Positions 12,995-25,400 of a DNA stretch of 64,000 bases are shown here, in pieces. Numbering within the stretch: the first letter of the stretch is position 1; every line of letters starts with the position of its first letter. Made by a program: the position numbers and the translations under genes. The DNA lies in the NCBI GenBank assembly GCA_002633005.1, contig NMRA01000223.1, positions 24,491 to 88,490 of the forward strand, given 5' to 3'. Under the pieces are notes generated by a model, which saw only the letters and a list, made by a program, of their open reading frames with translations, did not search any database and was not told where the DNA came from. Source of the stretch: Phoronis australis. Taxonomy: Eukaryota > Animalia > Phoronida.

Positions 12995-13037
12995 GACACA
13001 GGATATTTCGAAACATACTTGTTTCATTCTCAAGTGA
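12995..13037 (-). ncRNA. Minimal type I hammerhead ribozyme of the Penelope element (U3-A8 core variant)
   Basis: Minus strand reads CAC-TTGAGAA-T-GAAAC aagtat GTTTC-GAAA-TA-TC-c-TGTG: stem I, core, stem II, GAAA, AUC site. Confidence 0.65.
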
Positions 13038-13152
13038 AGATAAAATGACGCAGTAATGCCACCACAGAGTATAAGCTGACGACACACACAGTGAGACACA
13101 GCGGGTGTGAAATACTGCAAAGAATGACTAAAGAATTAGGGTAACAGGAATG

Positions 13153-15021
13153 TCATGCAAACAAGTGTAACGTGCGGCGCGACCCTGTTTGCTGCTCATT
13201 CAAAATAGGCTTCTCAAAAGCAATTAAAAGGGACTCTAATACTTTCAAACGCAGCACATCTTGCTCCACGTAGCGAATTGACGTGTTTTCCACAATTTCT
13301 TGACGGGTGATTTTACGTGCGTGGTATTGCAGAAAATGATCTTGAATGGCGCCATTTTGAAGATGCATGGATAACCGACGGGAAAGACTGCAAACCGTTT
13401 GACCAATGTAACATTGTTTGACGTTTGAACGAAGACATTCATTCATAGGGCATACAAATTCATAAACAACACTACACTGTGCAACGGGGCGGACTTTCGC
13501 TTTAGAAATGTTATTTTTCATGACCAAGTTGGAGGACTTCCTATTCCGATAATAAATAATAACATCAAGGTAATCATCAGGCTTACAAACTTTAACGTTG
13601 TCCCTTATGATTTTCTTAATGGCGTGTTCGTCCTGGAGGTAATTATTAGACATGACATTTTTGTAAAATATCTTTTTGGTGACACCAGTCCGACGTGCAG
13701 GGACTTCATAGCTAATTGTGGACATAAATCGCTTAATATGGAAGTCCACGAAAGCATTGGTATACCCATTATTCACCAGTGTTTGTCTTATGCGATCTAC
13801 CTCTTGATTGAACAATAGCCAGTTAGACGACACCGAATACGCCCTCTTTAGGAAGTTGACCACAACGGCGACCTTATACCGCTCAGGGCACTCACTTTTG
13901 GCGTGGAGACAGAAACCTTTATCAGTGGGCTTGTGGTAAACTGATGTAGAAAATTCAGACGGAGAATGGTTCACAAGAACGTCCAAAAACGGAATCTTGT
14001 CATTTACAGGAAGCTCGTGGGTAAACTTCAATACAGAGTGGCGCTCAAGTTCATCACGTACTGATAACAAGTCATCAAAGGCACAATAAACAAAAATATC
14101 ATCTACATAACGTACATAGATAGGAATACCACCAATCACATTGCTAGCCCTCTTTTCCACTTCAGACATATAAAATTCCGAGAAAGTGGGACCCAGAGGA
14201 GAGCCCATGCTCACACCATCTTTTTGCAAAAACAATTTCCCATTTATATGGCGAAATGGTACTTTGGTTGTGCAGATGGTTAACAACTCTCTCAAATGAG
14301 TAGGTGAAATGTCGGGTGGCTTTAAATGTGGGTGACGGTATACATTATCCAAAATGATAGTAATGGTCTCATCCACCGGCACGTTGGTGAACAAAGACTC
14401 AGCGTCAAGCGACATAGGTTGGTAGTGGGGGGATGGCACTTGTGTGCGCAAAATGTCAATAAAATCCTCACGACATTTAATGGAGTAACGGCTCTGAATG
14501 TACGGCTTTATGATTTTATCAAGATGCTTCGCTGTCTTGTACGTGGGCGTCAGGACTTGGGATATTATCGGCCGTAGAGGAACATCTTTTTTGTGTATTT
14601 TAGGGTTACCATAGAGATAACCTTCGGAGTAATCACCTTCGATTTCGGAGAAAATGCGACGACCAGCCTCAGCATTTATAGCCCTAATGTGACGATTCAA
14701 TTCACGTTTAAGGTCAATGAGGGGTGACCGACTAATGCTGGTAAACTTGGAAGGGTCACATATTAATAGACTAAGTTTATCGGAATAGTCATCTTTGTTT
14801 AAAATAACATACTGGGCAGACTTGTCGGCGCGGCGAATAACAATACCACCATTATTCTTGAGGCGTTTAGAAGCATCTAGTAGTCGGCTGGAGAGAGCAC
14901 ATCGATGATTTTTGCTGCGGCACTTAGTGCCTTCCGAGCGAAGCTGTTCTCGTATATTAGGGTTGACACTGAGGAAACCATCACCTTTTAGTCGTAAAAT
15001 ATCATTATACAGATTTTCCAA
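13153..15021 (-). CDS. Penelope-like reverse transcriptase with C-terminal GIY-YIG endonuclease
   Basis: RRADKS, LYGNPKIHK..PLRPIIS, SLDAESLFTNVP, GVSMGSPLGP, YVRYVDDIF; VVYEFVCPMNEC...YIGQT...LSRRLSMH...ESLLI...PILN; 622 aa uninterrupted, annotated start is TTG (true start lost). Confidence 0.95.
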   Translation of the reverse strand: MENLYNDILRLKGDGFLSVNPNIREQLRSEGTKCRSKNHRCALSSRLLDASKRLKNNGGIVIRRADKSAQYVILNKDDYSDKLSLLICDPSKFTSISRSPLIDLKRELNRHIRAINAEAGRRIFSEIEGDYSEGYLYGNPKIHKKDVPLRPIISQVLTPTYKTAKHLDKIIKPYIQSRYSIKCREDFIDILRTQVPSPHYQPMSLDAESLFTNVPVDETITIILDNVYRHPHLKPPDISPTHLRELLTICTTKVPFRHINGKLFLQKDGVSMGSPLGPTFSEFYMSEVEKRASNVIGGIPIYVRYVDDIFVYCAFDDLLSVRDELERHSVLKFTHELPVNDKIPFLDVLVNHSPSEFSTSVYHKPTDKGFCLHAKSECPERYKVAVVVNFLKRAYSVSSNWLLFNQEVDRIRQTLVNNGYTNAFVDFHIKRFMSTISYEVPARRTGVTKKIFYKNVMSNNYLQDEHAIKKIIRDNVKVCKPDDYLDVIIYYRNRKSSNLVMKNNISKAKVRPVAQCSVVYEFVCPMNECLRSNVKQCYIGQTVCSLSRRLSMHLQNGAIQDHFLQYHARKITRQEIVENTSIRYVEQDVLRLKVLESLLIAFEKPILNEQQTGSRRTLHLFA

Positions 15022-16884
15022 CTCAACTTTCTTGCGGTAGGTGTCAAACTTCTCTATCCAGCAAGTTCGCAGTAGTGCTTTACCACTACATCTCCAATGA
15101 TATTTGAAAGCGCAATTTTTGAAGTTTCCAGTGTAATCATGTGCTTTGGTAGGACATCGGCCATTACAGTGGAAGATATCATTTCATGGAAGGTGCCTTC
15201 GTGTCGTAATTGGACTCTAGCCCCGGAAATACAACTTGAAGCGATTGAACGATGGATAGACCAGGCTCTGGTCGAAACTTTTGATAATTACTTTCTTGAG
15301 AAACGTTTCTTCCTCGGCTTTCTGTTCCCCAGACGTTATTTGAAGCTGTCCTCTTTCCTGATTTTGAGACAACTTCTCAACCAAAGCACCTTGAGAAACC
15401 AGCAATTTCACCTTTTCAGTTTCTATTTAGTCGAGAGGGAACCGTTTTTCCTCAGCGCAAAGATGCCGTTGATCAGTTAGACCCACTGAACGTGCCGCTC
15501 CATATATTTGGTTAGTTGTCGACTGGCGGAACAATTGTCGTCTTGCTAGGATTCGTCACGGTTGATGAAGGTTATAGCAGCATTGCTAAATTTTGTCATT
15601 TCAGCAACGAATAGAGTAATGGCTATCTGAAATTGGAATATTTTTATTGTTTTGCTTCGGTATTTATTGAATCCTGATCAGTAACCCGTATATGAAAATA
15701 CTTATCATGAGATCTAGAGGGAATACTTTGAATAAATTCTTTGCTTCCTGCTACGTGTAACTTTCATCTCATCGTAGTTACTTTTGTTTGATATCATTTT
15801 CAGATATTAAACGTTGTTACCTTAGTGCACTTTTTATTGTATTTTATAATTTCTGGAGTCTGTTTAAGGAAAAGCGCCCTAAGACTAGAGTCAGAATTTT
15901 GATTTATGCTCCCCACAACTATTTCTGAAAAATACTTAAATCTCACCTGAGCAAAAAACAAAGTATTTGAGATTATACAAATATGTGCAACATACGGAAT
16001 TAATTATTTTTTACTACAGAGCGCTCAAATTCACTTGGCTAAAACTTTAAGTTTTAATAATCAAATGTTAACGTAGGGCAAAATCGTCTCTCATTAGGCC
16101 TGAGTCCCAACTATCCTATCTTTCACCTCCGTGGCTACTTTCTAGGAGAAACGGGAACTTTACATTAAACCAGGTGAATCTACAGATGTTCAAAAGTCAA
16201 TTTCAAAAAAGTTCTCAAGTATACACTTGCACGTTTAGTAAGAATTTTAATTTAAATGTTAGAAAAAATATAACCTCAACTGATGTGCTAGCCACCAGGT
16301 GTCAGAGCAAAATGATCCGAACAGCCAATGAAATGCCAGGAAATCATTGTGTCTACACCTTTCACCTTCAAATGTCGTCTGCTAGGCATGAAAACATTCA
16401 TCACAGGACCGACAGCTGATGTTATCATGCCGGCTTAGCTATCTTGCTTATTGCTACTGACTCCAATGGATAGTATTTAATTTCTTGGATGGGTGTGCAA
16501 GTAAGAGGCAATTACCAAAGGCCAAGGCTAAAAAACCAACAGGCAGCAGTTAGGAATTGAGGACAGCCAAATCAAATGTCATCGTACTGTAACAATTCTT
16601 GGCGCATTCCTGAATCATTTTGTGTTTCGCAAAGAACAGTTTTGGGACAGCTAGGACTCTGCTGAAACCATGAAATATTGATCGAGAGTGCGACTTCACA
16701 ATAGACTGGCAAGATTTCTGCTCCTTGTCATATTCATGTGTCAGGTTCTGCTCAAATTACTTAGCTGGATTTTTCAGACATTTCCTGGTCTAGGCTACTG
16801 CAAACAAACGTATCAAAATTGAGTGCAAGAGACGTAACATTGCCGATAAGTTTTCAATTTTTTATGAAAAAACAAAGCTCTTGT

Positions 16885-17132
16885 CATGCGCGCATCCAGG
16901 GGAGGGGGGGGCTCAGGCACTTGAAGGGCCCCAAGTGGACGAGAAGGTTCGCCTCAGAGAAACAAAAACTCTGAAAATGTAGAAAACGAAGTAAAAGTTC
17001 ACTTAAAAGGCAGGAACTAACAAAATTCAACGAACCCAGAATGTGTGGCTCTGAAGTACCCCGTGAATGTTAATAAATTTCCCCACACTCTCAAAAACTC
17101 GTGCCCCCATTTTTAGGCTTGGTGCGCGCATG
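16885..17132. mobile_element. Small MITE-like element
   Basis: Inverted ends CATGCGCGCATCCA / TGGTGCGCGCATG; related end at 20577; no clear TSD. Confidence 0.5.
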
Positions 17133-17847
17133 CTTCTATCACGGATATAAAAAAATGAAAGAACTTTTAAACAAGAAAAAAACAAAGCTGATGTTGCAAA
17201 TAATGTTGCACCCACTGGAAAATTAAAGAGACTGCCACTGTCAGTTTCATTGTCATTTAACAGTGGTAAAAGAAATACACCGTGTATGTCTTGCCACTAC
17301 AGTGAACCGTTTGCCACAAATCAAATTTCATCACAGGGGAACTTCGCAAACAAAAAAATTGAAAACCTATCCCAGTTCCAAACATTCAATTGTAGATAGG
17401 CCTACCTATTCTTAATTTTAAAAGGTGTCGTTTGTGGTAAATAATCTTTAGTTTAGGTCAAACTACAAAAACTATTTTGCTTGATAAATTTGTAGTAATA
17501 GTCGTCTCATTCTACAAATGTACTGGCATGAGAGTGATCAGCCTATTTTGAGACCAATTTAGGCAAAATCATGAGCAGTGTGTGGAATTTCAGAAATATA
17601 AAAAAGCAAATATTGCCTGTATTATGTAATTCATTTATCTGATAGGGCTCGGACTCCTATTACAAATGCAGCGTGGACCATACTCAGAATGAGTAGTTGT
17701 AGCCATAAAAGATCTATAAATTTGCTTTTGTTGAAGCTTGAAATTTTTTCGAAATCACAAAAATGTGAATCCATAAATGAACATATTAGCCTCACGTACC
17801 TTATCAATTAATTATCTCTCCTTCATGAGACTTGGAGTATTTTTCAG

Positions 17848-18045
17848 GGGCAATATTCTTTTGAATTGAAACCGAGAGGAGGAAATCAAGGAGGTGCATA
17901 AGGTTCAAAACGAGGATAGTGGAAGGGTGGGGACCTGTGTGTTCTTAAGTGGGCGAGAGTCTTGGCCACCTGGATTTGTCTACGAAAAAGCAAGTCATAG
18001 CTGGAACTGATGGCTGAGTGTGACCTGATACGTGACGGTTACAGT
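17848..18045 (+). pseudogene. Possible degraded PAN/apple-like exon upstream of the kringles
   Basis: Acceptor TTTTTCAG; translation ...GTCVFLSGRESWPPGFVYEKASHS... fits PAN spacing with lost cysteines; stops and frameshifts present. Confidence 0.3.
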
Positions 18046-18140
18046 GAAATTAAGTGATGTGATATCTTAAGAAACTACGTTATTGTTTTGTCATTTGATA
18101 TATAACACTGTGAAGTAACAAAATATTTGTATTATCACAG

Positions 18141-18413
18141 AACCATGCACACGTAAGTTTTTTGGAATGGACTATATTGGATCAAAGGCGACTACGTCCA
18201 AAGGGGAACGGTGTAGAAGATGGTCCCACCCGGATGTAGTTCGACGACTTCACGAGACAGAAAAGGGAGAATGGGCATTTAATCAAATGCCCTTGCACGT
18301 GCAGAGGCCAAACTTGTGTAGGAATGCTGACCTCAGTCCGAACGGCCCTTAGTGCTACATCGACAGCAAATTCCCAAAGTGGGGCTACTGCGGTATTAAG
18401 CAGTGTCCAAACG
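18141..18413 (+). pseudogene. Kringle-domain exon 1 (phase 1-1) with in-frame TAG at the conserved Trp
   Basis: cacAG|..PCTRKFFGMDYIGSKATTSKGERCRRW...LCRNADLSPNGP*CYIDSKFPKWGYCGIKQCPN|GTAATG; TAG at 18350-18352. Confidence 0.88.
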
Positions 18414-19732
18414 GTAATGTCCAGTTTCTTCAATGCCTGCATATTAAACTTGGTCAAACATATCATTTGCATATTTCATGACAGACGACTTTAATTTAAC
18501 TAAGCATATCGATTTATAGCTTATTTTCGCATATCCTATTCCTGATTGCACGAAACAGTCCCAAACAAAACGTCAACCGAGTTTCTAAAAATTTCGTCGT
18601 GTCATATAGATATCATAAATTTTGTAAACCATGACTTGAAAAATATTATTTCATCATTAGGAAATAGGCAAATCTGATAGATCATTACAACCAAATAATG
18701 ATTACGTACAATGTATCAGTCATAAAATGCAGGTGTAACATATATAATTTATTTACTTAACAATTTGACTCAAAACCGTAATAAGTAGGGGGGTCTAATG
18801 GGAAACATTCACCAATAAACAAACTGTTTTTGCCGTTACCATAGTCGACACACTTTAAACAATCTCACTTAAGGATGAATATTAAGAAACTCGTAATTGG
18901 AAACGATAAAAGTTGAGCAGTAATGTGAAATTTGTAACGTAACGCGATCAGCACTTTATGCAAATTTTCTAGAATGCATATATTTGAAAAGGAACGCGAA
19001 GAGCTTGTTCTAGCATGAAAGCCATCCCTCTAATAGTATGAATTTTGAGTGCAAAACCAATGTATTAGGCCTTCAATACATAATACATGTAACTACGTCG
19101 TTCTTGCCCATGAAATCACAATTTCATGTCATGCTTTATAGCATTTACGAAATGCATAATAATGTATCGCCATAACGGAAGGAGATATGATAGTCCGTGT
19201 CTGAAGTCAAAATAGAGGATGCACCGTTGCATATTTTGAAGTCTAGTTTTTGACTTGTTGAAGAGGCGCCTTGTTAATCGTTTGAAAAGTCTTGGTTCTG
19301 CTCCAGTTGGCACACGTAAGTGAACTGAGCATGTAGAACTTCCTTGGATTTTGTGAGGCTGTGTTAAAAAATGAAGGTGCTTTTTAAATGGACTGTCCGT
19401 CAAATCGTTTTCAAAAGGATTTTATACACAATTCAAAGAGAAATGGATTTCAATACCCATTGGAATTTTCACAGTTTAGAGATGTGGTTGTATGGAATAA
19501 AATTCGGCGACCCCAACGTTTTTGCACTTTAAATGTTAGGCAAGTACGAAAATGCAAGTTATAAAATAATCGGCCATTAATCAAAACTGTGTCGATCACT
19601 TTGCGTCCACGAAAATATTGTTTTGGCCAACGGGGCAGACACCTTCCCAAACTCATCTCTAGAAAAGCGCAGGTGTAACATCGTGATAAACAATGTCTGC
19701 ACTTAGGAATCCTTTGTGAAATATTTTTGCAG

Positions 19733-20014
19733 CGAGAAATCTCACATGCAAAGATGGTATCAATGGAATTGGCTATAACGGTCCCGTTAACGTCGCCTTC
19801 TCGGGAAAAAAGTGCCTAGTATGGTCCAGTCTTGAAGTTCAGAGGCTCATGCGCAAAAGTGAACTTTTAGGCTACTTTAAAAAGTGGCCAAAAGAGGTGC
19901 AACTTACGAATGTCTGTCGAGATCCAGCTGGTACGAACGGCGGTCCTTGGTGTTACGTAGAAAGCAAGCCTGAACCATTCTGGCAATATTGCAGCATCGA
20001 TATTTGTCGTAGTT
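19733..20014 (+). CDS. Kringle-domain exon 2 (phase 1-1), intact
   Basis: tttttgcAG|RNLTCKDGINGIGYNGPVNVAFSGKKCLVW...VCRDPAGTNGGPWCYVESKPEPFWQYCSIDICRS|GTAAGT; six cysteines. Confidence 0.92.
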
Positions 20015-22027
20015 GTAAGTATATGTACTAATATATCATGCATGCATATGCAGTTGAAGTGTTGTTATTGTATGTACATGTCTGATATGTTAACTTCAAA
20101 ATTCCATGCATTTCTTATGATCCCACTTATGTGAATTCTGTACAGCTCTCACCCCTTCATGTGTAATGGGGAGATGCATCCACTGTGGTGAATCTAGGAT
20201 ACCATAAGGAGGGCAACATCCTCGGGAAATTGGGCAAAGCAAGGTTGTATCCTGTATGTGCACAGGCTGCCCGAATACTGCAGGGCCCGAGTATGTAGAC
20301 CTTATGTTCAGAAAACCTATCGGTGGACTAAAGAAAAAAAACGACGTCCGCTACCGGTATTAGCTTGTGAACTATATGTTTCTTCACGTATAACCTGTTT
20401 TGCTGTTTCATAGTTCTTGCGGCAGTCCTTGTGCCCCCCTAAATCCGCCTATGTTGCAAAGGCATTCTTGGGGCATTCCTCTTGTTCAAGGTACACCTGA
20501 CGCATATGTAGTGCACTTATCATTTTAATTCGATCTCTTAGAGACTGGGATGTCTTTTATCTGTGAAAGTACCAATCATGCGCGCACCCAGTCGTCAATA
20601 TGGAGGGGGTTCGAATTCCCGACGTTGTGGACCTTTTACTATCAAAAGAGCGGGCGGACTAAAAAAAAAACAAAAAAACGTCAGCACCATTGTGATTTGC
20701 GCGTTTGCGCTTGTTTAATGTGGACCTTTTCTCCCTTTTGTCTCTCGGAGGCTGACCGTTTTGCACACTTCGCCAAATGGGGGCTCGTTCGAGCCCCCGA
20801 GCCGCCAAAGAGCCCCTGGCCACCAAGCTCCAGAATACAATAAGTTTGACACACAAACTGTGTATATCTCCGTCTACGGCAGATGCCAGCACGTGCAAGT
20901 GTATCTATTCGTTTTAATAATGAACCAGTAAGAAAACATGATACGACACGTATAATAAGTGAGAGTTTTAAAATGATTATCATTATTGCATGTATAGGTA
21001 ATGATACAGCTCCGCAATAACTGTGTTATTGTAATACCGTGAAATACGGTGTACGTACGAACTACTTTCCCTATTTCCTCTAGAGAAGTTATTCGTTATC
21101 ATATCTAGAGAAAAACACAAGGGGCAAGCCGTAAGAATTGCAGTTTTTGGTAACCTAAATCCATAAGAATTACGGTAATACGTCTAATTCATTTGTCTAA
21201 GCTTCTTATTCACGGGGCCATCATTAAAATCGAAAGCGAAGCTCTCTGAAATAAACAAAGCGGCAGTTGACATTCGGTGGGTTAAAAGCTTGTCTTTCGA
21301 GTCCAACCTGGATATTAAATCTTAAAAATGTGTCAATAATTAATCACAGAAACGTAGAAGAATGCCAGGAACAAATTTGTCTGACGAAACATGAAAAGTA
21401 AAAAGGACCAAATTGGGGCGATCAAGTTGTAGATCAAGTATTTGCTGAATGCAGCCTTAAAGCTTCTTTATCTAGGTTGTTGATCAATTTTTTATTCACG
21501 ATTTAGATAATCTGCTCGTATTTTGTTGACTTGAAGATATAATAGGCAGTGATGGCTCAGGTGCAAGTCACATCTGATTTAATTTTGTGATTACCATATT
21601 AATATCAAACATAGACTAGGTCCTGGTAGTGCCTAGCTGGCCCTAGGTGTGCTTTGTCATTGATATGCAAAAAGTCATTTGTTATTATAGTGAAAATCAA
21701 GGCTGGTAATTTAAGCTAAATTGTTTTACCATCAATACTGCTTTCTTGGTTTCAATAATGATTATATCTGTTTCATTTGTTAGGTTTCAAATATCACCGT
21801 GGACCATGTTGATTTTTAAAATGAAAGCCCACAATTCGTTCGTCCAGTGCATAACTTGAAAATTAACCAATCTCGTTTTAGAGCTTAATTTTATTTAACT
21901 GGTCAGAACAAGCATATATGTACATGTAGTTCTAATACTCTGGCCTGGCTCACCGTTAATCAAAATCATGGACCAGCCCTCAATATAGACCTGAGCTTAG
22001 CATACATCCAGTTTACAAGTTGAATCC

Positions 22028-22195
22028 GGTGTGTGTGTGTGTGTGTGGGTGGGTGCATGTGCGTGGGGGTTGCGTGTGTGTGTGTGTTTGTGTGCTTGTG
22101 NAGTTGAATCCGGTGTGTGTGTGTGTGTGTGGGTGGGTGCATGTGCGTGGGGGTTGCGTGTGTGTGTGTTTGTGTGCTTGTGTATGTGTGTGTAT
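22028..22195. repeat. (GT)n-rich microsatellite with contig-join duplication
   Basis: GT repeats; near-identical blocks either side of n at 22101. Confidence 0.9.
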
Positions 22196-22303
22196 TGTAG
22201 CCAAAATCGTTACTACTGCCAACTATTTAACAACCACACACCGTCGAGTTTTATGCCATATTCATTGCCAATTCTGCGTAATGAACTTTTCTTCATTCAA
22301 CAG

Positions 22304-22416
22304 CATTTGAAGAAATCGGCGCATTGGGAGGAATTGGTCAGGGAGGGCAACTGAGATCCAACACACAAAAGCTTTTCTACGGTCTTGTGTGCTGTCTTGT
22401 CTATTGGAAACTTTAA
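22304..22416 (+). CDS. Probable terminal coding exon of the kringle gene; GPI-anchor-signal-like tail
   Basis: ttcttcattcaacAG acceptor; phase 1 gives FEEIGALGGIGQGGQLRSNTQKLFYGLVCCLVYWKL*; GTAAGT donor at 22422. Confidence 0.5.
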
Positions 22417-25400
22417 CATGGGTAAGTCTATTTTTGTTTTGGGGAGATTGTGCTACATTTTGTAACATGTACATACTAAAAAATTCCTTGCTTCCGAATT
22501 GATGTTATCGGGAAAAAAACAAGATAAGATTAACAGTTCACAACTTACTCAAACTGCAGCGTGTAAAGTATCAGGACACCAATATTGAAGTAGTCGAAAT
22601 TATATAATAACGAAATAAAAAGTACTTGTATTTCACACCTTCAATTGTATCCAACGGTATTGACCTCTTACATGTATACCATTTCGATACCCAAGAACAT
22701 TTACTTATCCAAGGCGAATTTAAAAGACAAAGCTTTCTTACTTACCGATTTCTGAGAATACCTACGGATAGTTCTGCATCAACCTTGCGATTCTCCTGAA
22801 ATTTTATGAGGACTTGGCTATTCCTAGGTATGCACTAAGTCAGCTTTTTGTTTTTTGTCAGAAGCATCGTTTTCGTTTTCATGCAGATCTTGCAAACACG
22901 ACTTTTTCGACACTGGCCTGCAGTGAAAAAATGTGCCAACTTCACGAAACTATTGTGACATCTTAAAATTTTGGAACAACTATAATTTTGTAAATGTACA
23001 CTGTATCTAACCTTAAGATTCAAAAATACTTTTGATGTATAAGACAGACATTTTAGTGTTTACAGTGTAAGTAACTGCAATTCAAAAATTGAAAAAATTA
23101 TGAATGATCAAGTGGCTGATTTCGGCCCTTTTTATTGAGAAAGTGAGAAAAGGATATAACATGTGTGAAAAAGAAACCATTGTGAATTTATAGCTTTGTG
23201 CTAATTTAGTACATACATAAAGTCAAATGTTTGTTCTTTTACCGACGCTTACTACTTAACCTGTAAATTTATTGAGTAGACCTTGCACAATTTGGCTACT
23301 CCGATACACAGCAATTGAAAAAAAAAATGTTACAAACGTCACGATTTTTATATGTAAAGTGGATTTAAAGGTATTTTAAAAAGTGGGATTTGGGACCTTA
23401 GGGAGCCCAGGAAGGGGTGACGGAGGAAAGGCAGTTGTTTTCCTTTTGTGAACTCAAGAGAATTTCTATGATACTAGTCTAATGACAACGTTCACTTCAA
23501 ATTGGTAGTGATACGGTAGTAGCGTGATGGGTATGGGATAAGAATGAAATTGGGCATGATTGTGAAGGTTCTGTAGTGAGGAGGGCGACTTTGGTCCTTC
23601 AACAAGTTACAATATGTCATTTCACTCATACAGCAGGGCCTGCGTGTATAACACAGAGTTACTGAGGTCAGTCCATAAAATACACCATCTCAGAGTGTAC
23701 CATGTACAATGTAGCTAGAAAACATAACTTTTGCCTTTCAACAAGCTTAGGTTTGGATTATGAAATCGCCTCATATTTCTCATTTTTTAAAATTTATTTT
23801 ACGGACAATACGCTTTAGTATAAATAACTGATGGAAGCGCAAGCTTCACATTTAACAATCCAAATGTAACAAATTTCTGTAAACAAATAATACTTTTCAC
23901 ATTTTGTAGATTTTTTTAGTGTTACTTGTTACTCAATATAAATCAACAACACAACTAATACATAATTTTAGAAAAAATGTCCTGTTGTGAACAAAATTTG
24001 GCTTCCAAAGAAAAACGATTTTAAATCAATTGCAACAGTATTTGACTGTTAGCATTTTGCAAGGTCAGTTGAATGGGCAAGTCATATGGATGGAAGATTC
24101 ATAATAGTTATTGCACAGGCACCGGAATAATATTCAAAACTTGATTTGTAGCAATGCGGCTACAAATGTGTTATATTTAAACCATCACCGATGACAGCGT
24201 AGCTGGTTGAACATGTCTTTCAATTCAGAAAATTCGCTATTTTGTCAAAAGTGAATTTTGACCACTCGATAAGTTAACTTGCATGAATACATTCCCTCTT
24301 GGATTGTACAGAATGGTAGGTAAGGATATGTGTCACTAAATTTTACGTCTAGAACAGTTGTGACAATCATGTTTAAGTACTTTTAAACTCATAATGTACA
24401 TGTATGTTGCTGATATCGTTCAATGTCTGACCTAATAGTGAGTCCAAATTCGACACACTAATGGCAATTACTTTTGAATGCACCATTCGATTTTGTTATT
24501 TTTTCAATTTTGTATTTCATACATCGGTGCCTTTCCTTGTGTTGCATGTTTTGTCTTCGTACTGAACAAATAATTTCCGGTTTATTGTTATTGTTGATAA
24601 ATAAAAGCTACACTACGTTGAAATGGTGCGGAAATCGAAATTACTCATTAAATAATCACAAAAGTATTCTTGTCAACCGTGTTGGGTATTGTCAACAGGC
24701 AAATGTATCATCGCCTGTGCCATCGTAACCTCTGATCTACAGTCAGTTAAGAATGCGAAATGAGTGAAATGGCAATAAGGTCATGTCAGACAGCATTATG
24801 GTCAGTAAAATGATAATTCCCATAATCCGTTTTAAGTGTAAAGAAGTTGCTAAAAGCATTCGTTTAAAAGCGTAGAATACGCACCATTGGGGCTTTTTCA
24901 GTACAAAAACTGAAAAAATAGCATTCCAGAAATTTAAAAATTGTTGAAACATCCAAGATCTACACAAACACATTCATAGCATTGTTCACAACCCTGTAAA
25001 CTGGCTTGTAGAAGCACTTGAGTGTTACCCACACTTTCAACACACATTACATAAAACGCTCCCGGATTTCTCTCCCGTCACGTGATGGATGAAGCGAAAT
25101 TTTAGGTATCGTTCTTATTTGATAATTCTTATGTCCCACTTCTTAATCCCATGATGTGTTTTGTCCAATACATATAGCATGTAGTCTACCTGTTATTTAT
25201 ATTTGGAGAATTGTTGTTTTCGGTATGCAAAAAGTGCCATTATTTCGTAAACCTTTGCAGGCCTACATATCAAAAACAAAAATGACAACAGGCGCAAAAT
25301 TGGTGATTTTTTCATACACTACCTACCCCACAATTACAGGCTGAATCTTAAGGATGACCCTAGAGTGTTTTTTTGGTTTTGTTTTGAAATGGTTCTTACA

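Larger units (their letters stand above)
12890..15060 (-). mobile_element. Penelope-like retroelement (possibly Naiad clade), 5'-truncated
   Basis: RT+GIY-YIG ORF plus downstream pseudo-LTR region containing a hammerhead motif; reading frame runs upstream (WIEKFDTYRKKVEL) to about 15060. Confidence 0.88.

Noticed and set aside
15565-15615. Signal-peptide-like MKVIAALLNFVISATE as first exon of the kringle gene
   Set aside because: Ends in TAG with no convincing splice donor; too short to support
22013-22354. Cys/Val- and His/Thr-rich ORFs
   Set aside because: Translations of the GT microsatellite
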